This document shows positions 62,769-64,000 of a stretch of 64,000 nucleotides of DNA, piece by piece. This DNA is from Ruminococcus sp. Phil15 (GTDB lineage: Bacteria > Bacillota > Clostridia > Oscillospirales > Ruminococcaceae), in NCBI GenBank assembly GCA_001940995.1, contig MSHC01000001.1, positions 61,028-125,027 of the forward strand. The letters run 5' to 3'. Each line of letters begins with the position of its first letter. Position 1 is the first letter of the stretch. The notes beneath the pieces were generated by a model. It saw only the letters and a program-made list of their open reading frames with translations. It made no database searches and was not told where the DNA came from. A program made the translations under genes and the position numbers.

Positions 62769-64000
62769 GACCTCGCAAGAAGCTGGGTCAGGATATGGGA
62801 CTGCGTATTCTCTCGGTTATCCTCGCAATAATTATCTGGTTTGTTCTTTCTATTACCCTTTATCCGACAGTATATATGACGGTAGACGACGTCCCCGTAA
62901 CGTTCAGCCTCGACGGCACGACCGCAAACGCACAGGGACTCTCCGCACTTGACTATGACAAGGATACGGTAGTCGATGTAAGCATAAGTGGTATGAGGCA
63001 CGAAATCGGCAGCTATAACGCCGACGATCTGCAAGCTTATGTAGACGCTTCCGGCATAACGGAAGCAGGAACATACGAGCTTGCCATAAAGGTAAGACCG
63101 AAAGATATCTCCGACGATTGCGAGGTGCTGAAGGTTTCTCCATCTACCGTAAAGGTAAAGTTTGACTATATTAAATCAGTCACCGTGCCTCTACAGGTAA
63201 GAGCAACTTCTATCTCAGCAGACGAGGGATATTCTCTTGGAACTCCTGTCGTTTCTCCCGTAACAGTCGAAGTAACAGGCCCTGAAAAGCTTGTCGATAA
63301 AATAAGCTACGCAGTATTTGCGATCGACCAGAAAAAGCTTCTTCAGGAAACCTATACAACATCTGACGGAAAGCTCCTACTCTATTCCGAGGACGGCGCG
63401 CTCATAGACGATAAGTCGTTTTCGCTTGACCACGACCCTATATCGGTAAAATTCCCCGTCTACTTCTTAAAGACAATGAACTTTACCTTTGACTACCAGG
63501 GCGTGCCGGATAATTTCGATACAAGCATACTTAAATACAGCCTGTCAACAGACAGCATCGAAATTATGTCCTCGAACAGCGATATTCTCAATATGGATAC
63601 TATTCATTTGGGATATATAAGCCTTAACACAATAAATCTGGATGATACAGTGACCTTTGACGTTTCACTTGACGCAGGTATGACAAGCACCTCAGGCGTT
63701 GAAAGCGTAACGGTTACCTTCGACCCGACAGGCTTTGTGGCAAAGGAATTCAGTATTCCAAGCAGTAACATCAAGGTTATTAATGTGCCGAGCGATAAAA
63801 TGGCGGTTCTCTCAACAAAATCGCTTACAAACGTTACCGTTTACGGCCCGCAGGCGGTTATGGACAATCTTACAGCAGACGACCTCATCGCAGAGTATGA
63901 TATGCTTGCGTCCGAGCTTGATAACGGCACATACACCAGAACAGTAAAGATTTATACTCCGCACGTAGATAACGTGTGGTGCTACGGTACTAAGGAGATA
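62750..64000 (+). CDS. cdaR: CdaA regulatory protein CdaR (YbbR-domain repeats), partial; continues beyond the window
   Basis: Absent from the ORF track because there is no stop in the window. ATG at 62750 lies 6 nt after GAGG and overlaps the cdaA end. It has an N-terminal TM helix (ILSVILAIIIWFVLSI) and repeated YbbR-like modules. The frame is open through 64000. Confidence 0.75.
   Translation, partial: MEKRKLGPRKKLGQDMGLRILSVILAIIIWFVLSITLYPTVYMTVDDVPVTFSLDGTTANAQGLSALDYDKDTVVDVSISGMRHEIGSYNADDLQAYVDASGITEAGTYELAIKVRPKDISDDCEVLKVSPSTVKVKFDYIKSVTVPLQVRATSISADEGYSLGTPVVSPVTVEVTGPEKLVDKISYAVFAIDQKKLLQETYTTSDGKLLLYSEDGALIDDKSFSLDHDPISVKFPVYFLKTMNFTFDYQGVPDNFDTSILKYSLSTDSIEIMSSNSDILNMDTIHLGYISLNTINLDDTVTFDVSLDAGMTSTSGVESVTVTFDPTGFVAKEFSIPSSNIKVINVPSDKMAVLSTKSLTNVTVYGPQAVMDNLTADDLIAEYDMLASELDNGTYTRTVKIYTPHVDNVWCYGTKEI

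Overview
The window is a 64-kb chromosomal segment from an anaerobic, spore-forming Firmicute. Gene content resembles Ruminococcus/Oscillospiraceae-type Clostridia, but taxonomy cannot be verified here. All hairpin, promoter and motif coordinates were read by eye. I recognised no rRNA, tRNA, CRISPR array, transposase or integrase.

Gene content, left to right:
- 1-7.6 kb: a putative H2-sensing module (DRTGG protein, GHKL kinase-like protein, HydS-type sensory [FeFe]-hydrogenase) sits divergent from an electron-bifurcating-type [FeFe]-hydrogenase operon (hydC, GHKL ATPase, hydD, hydB, hydA).
- 7.8-9.9 kb: an aroF-pheA operon follows a roughly 200-nt leader. The leader encodes a 28-codon peptide with 8 Phe codons and ends in an intrinsic terminator, which looks like a ribosome-mediated attenuator.
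- 10-14.4 kb: four separately transcribed secreted or surface proteins of unknown function. Two of them end in a non-canonical PTGA + TM + KKN signal.
- 14.4-19 kb: housekeeping genes (nnr, acpS, dtd and others).
- 19-28 kb and 41-45 kb: glycan-processing genes (GH94, GH95, GH26, CE2, CE4), mostly lipoproteins, plus two CotH-family lipoproteins.
- 28-38 kb: spoVAC, aroK-aroE, acpP, htrA, hydE-tsaD-rimI-rsmI-dusB.
- 38.6-40.8 kb: an AT-rich islet flanked by a truncated SGNH-like gene and a decayed LysR gene.
- 45-52 kb: two ABC-2 exporter operons. The first is preceded by a 30-bp x 3.6 tandem repeat. The second is followed by a TraB/GumN lipoprotein.
- 52-64 kb: nadE, an EF-G paralog, a P-type Ca-ATPase, a DUF3343 protein with a class V aminotransferase, and cdaA-cdaR.

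The strongest candidates for something new are the Phe leader-peptide attenuator, the PTGA-type sorting signal with its surface-protein island and shared GAAAACGTTTTC palindromes, and the tandem-repeat array upstream of the LnrLMN-like exporter.
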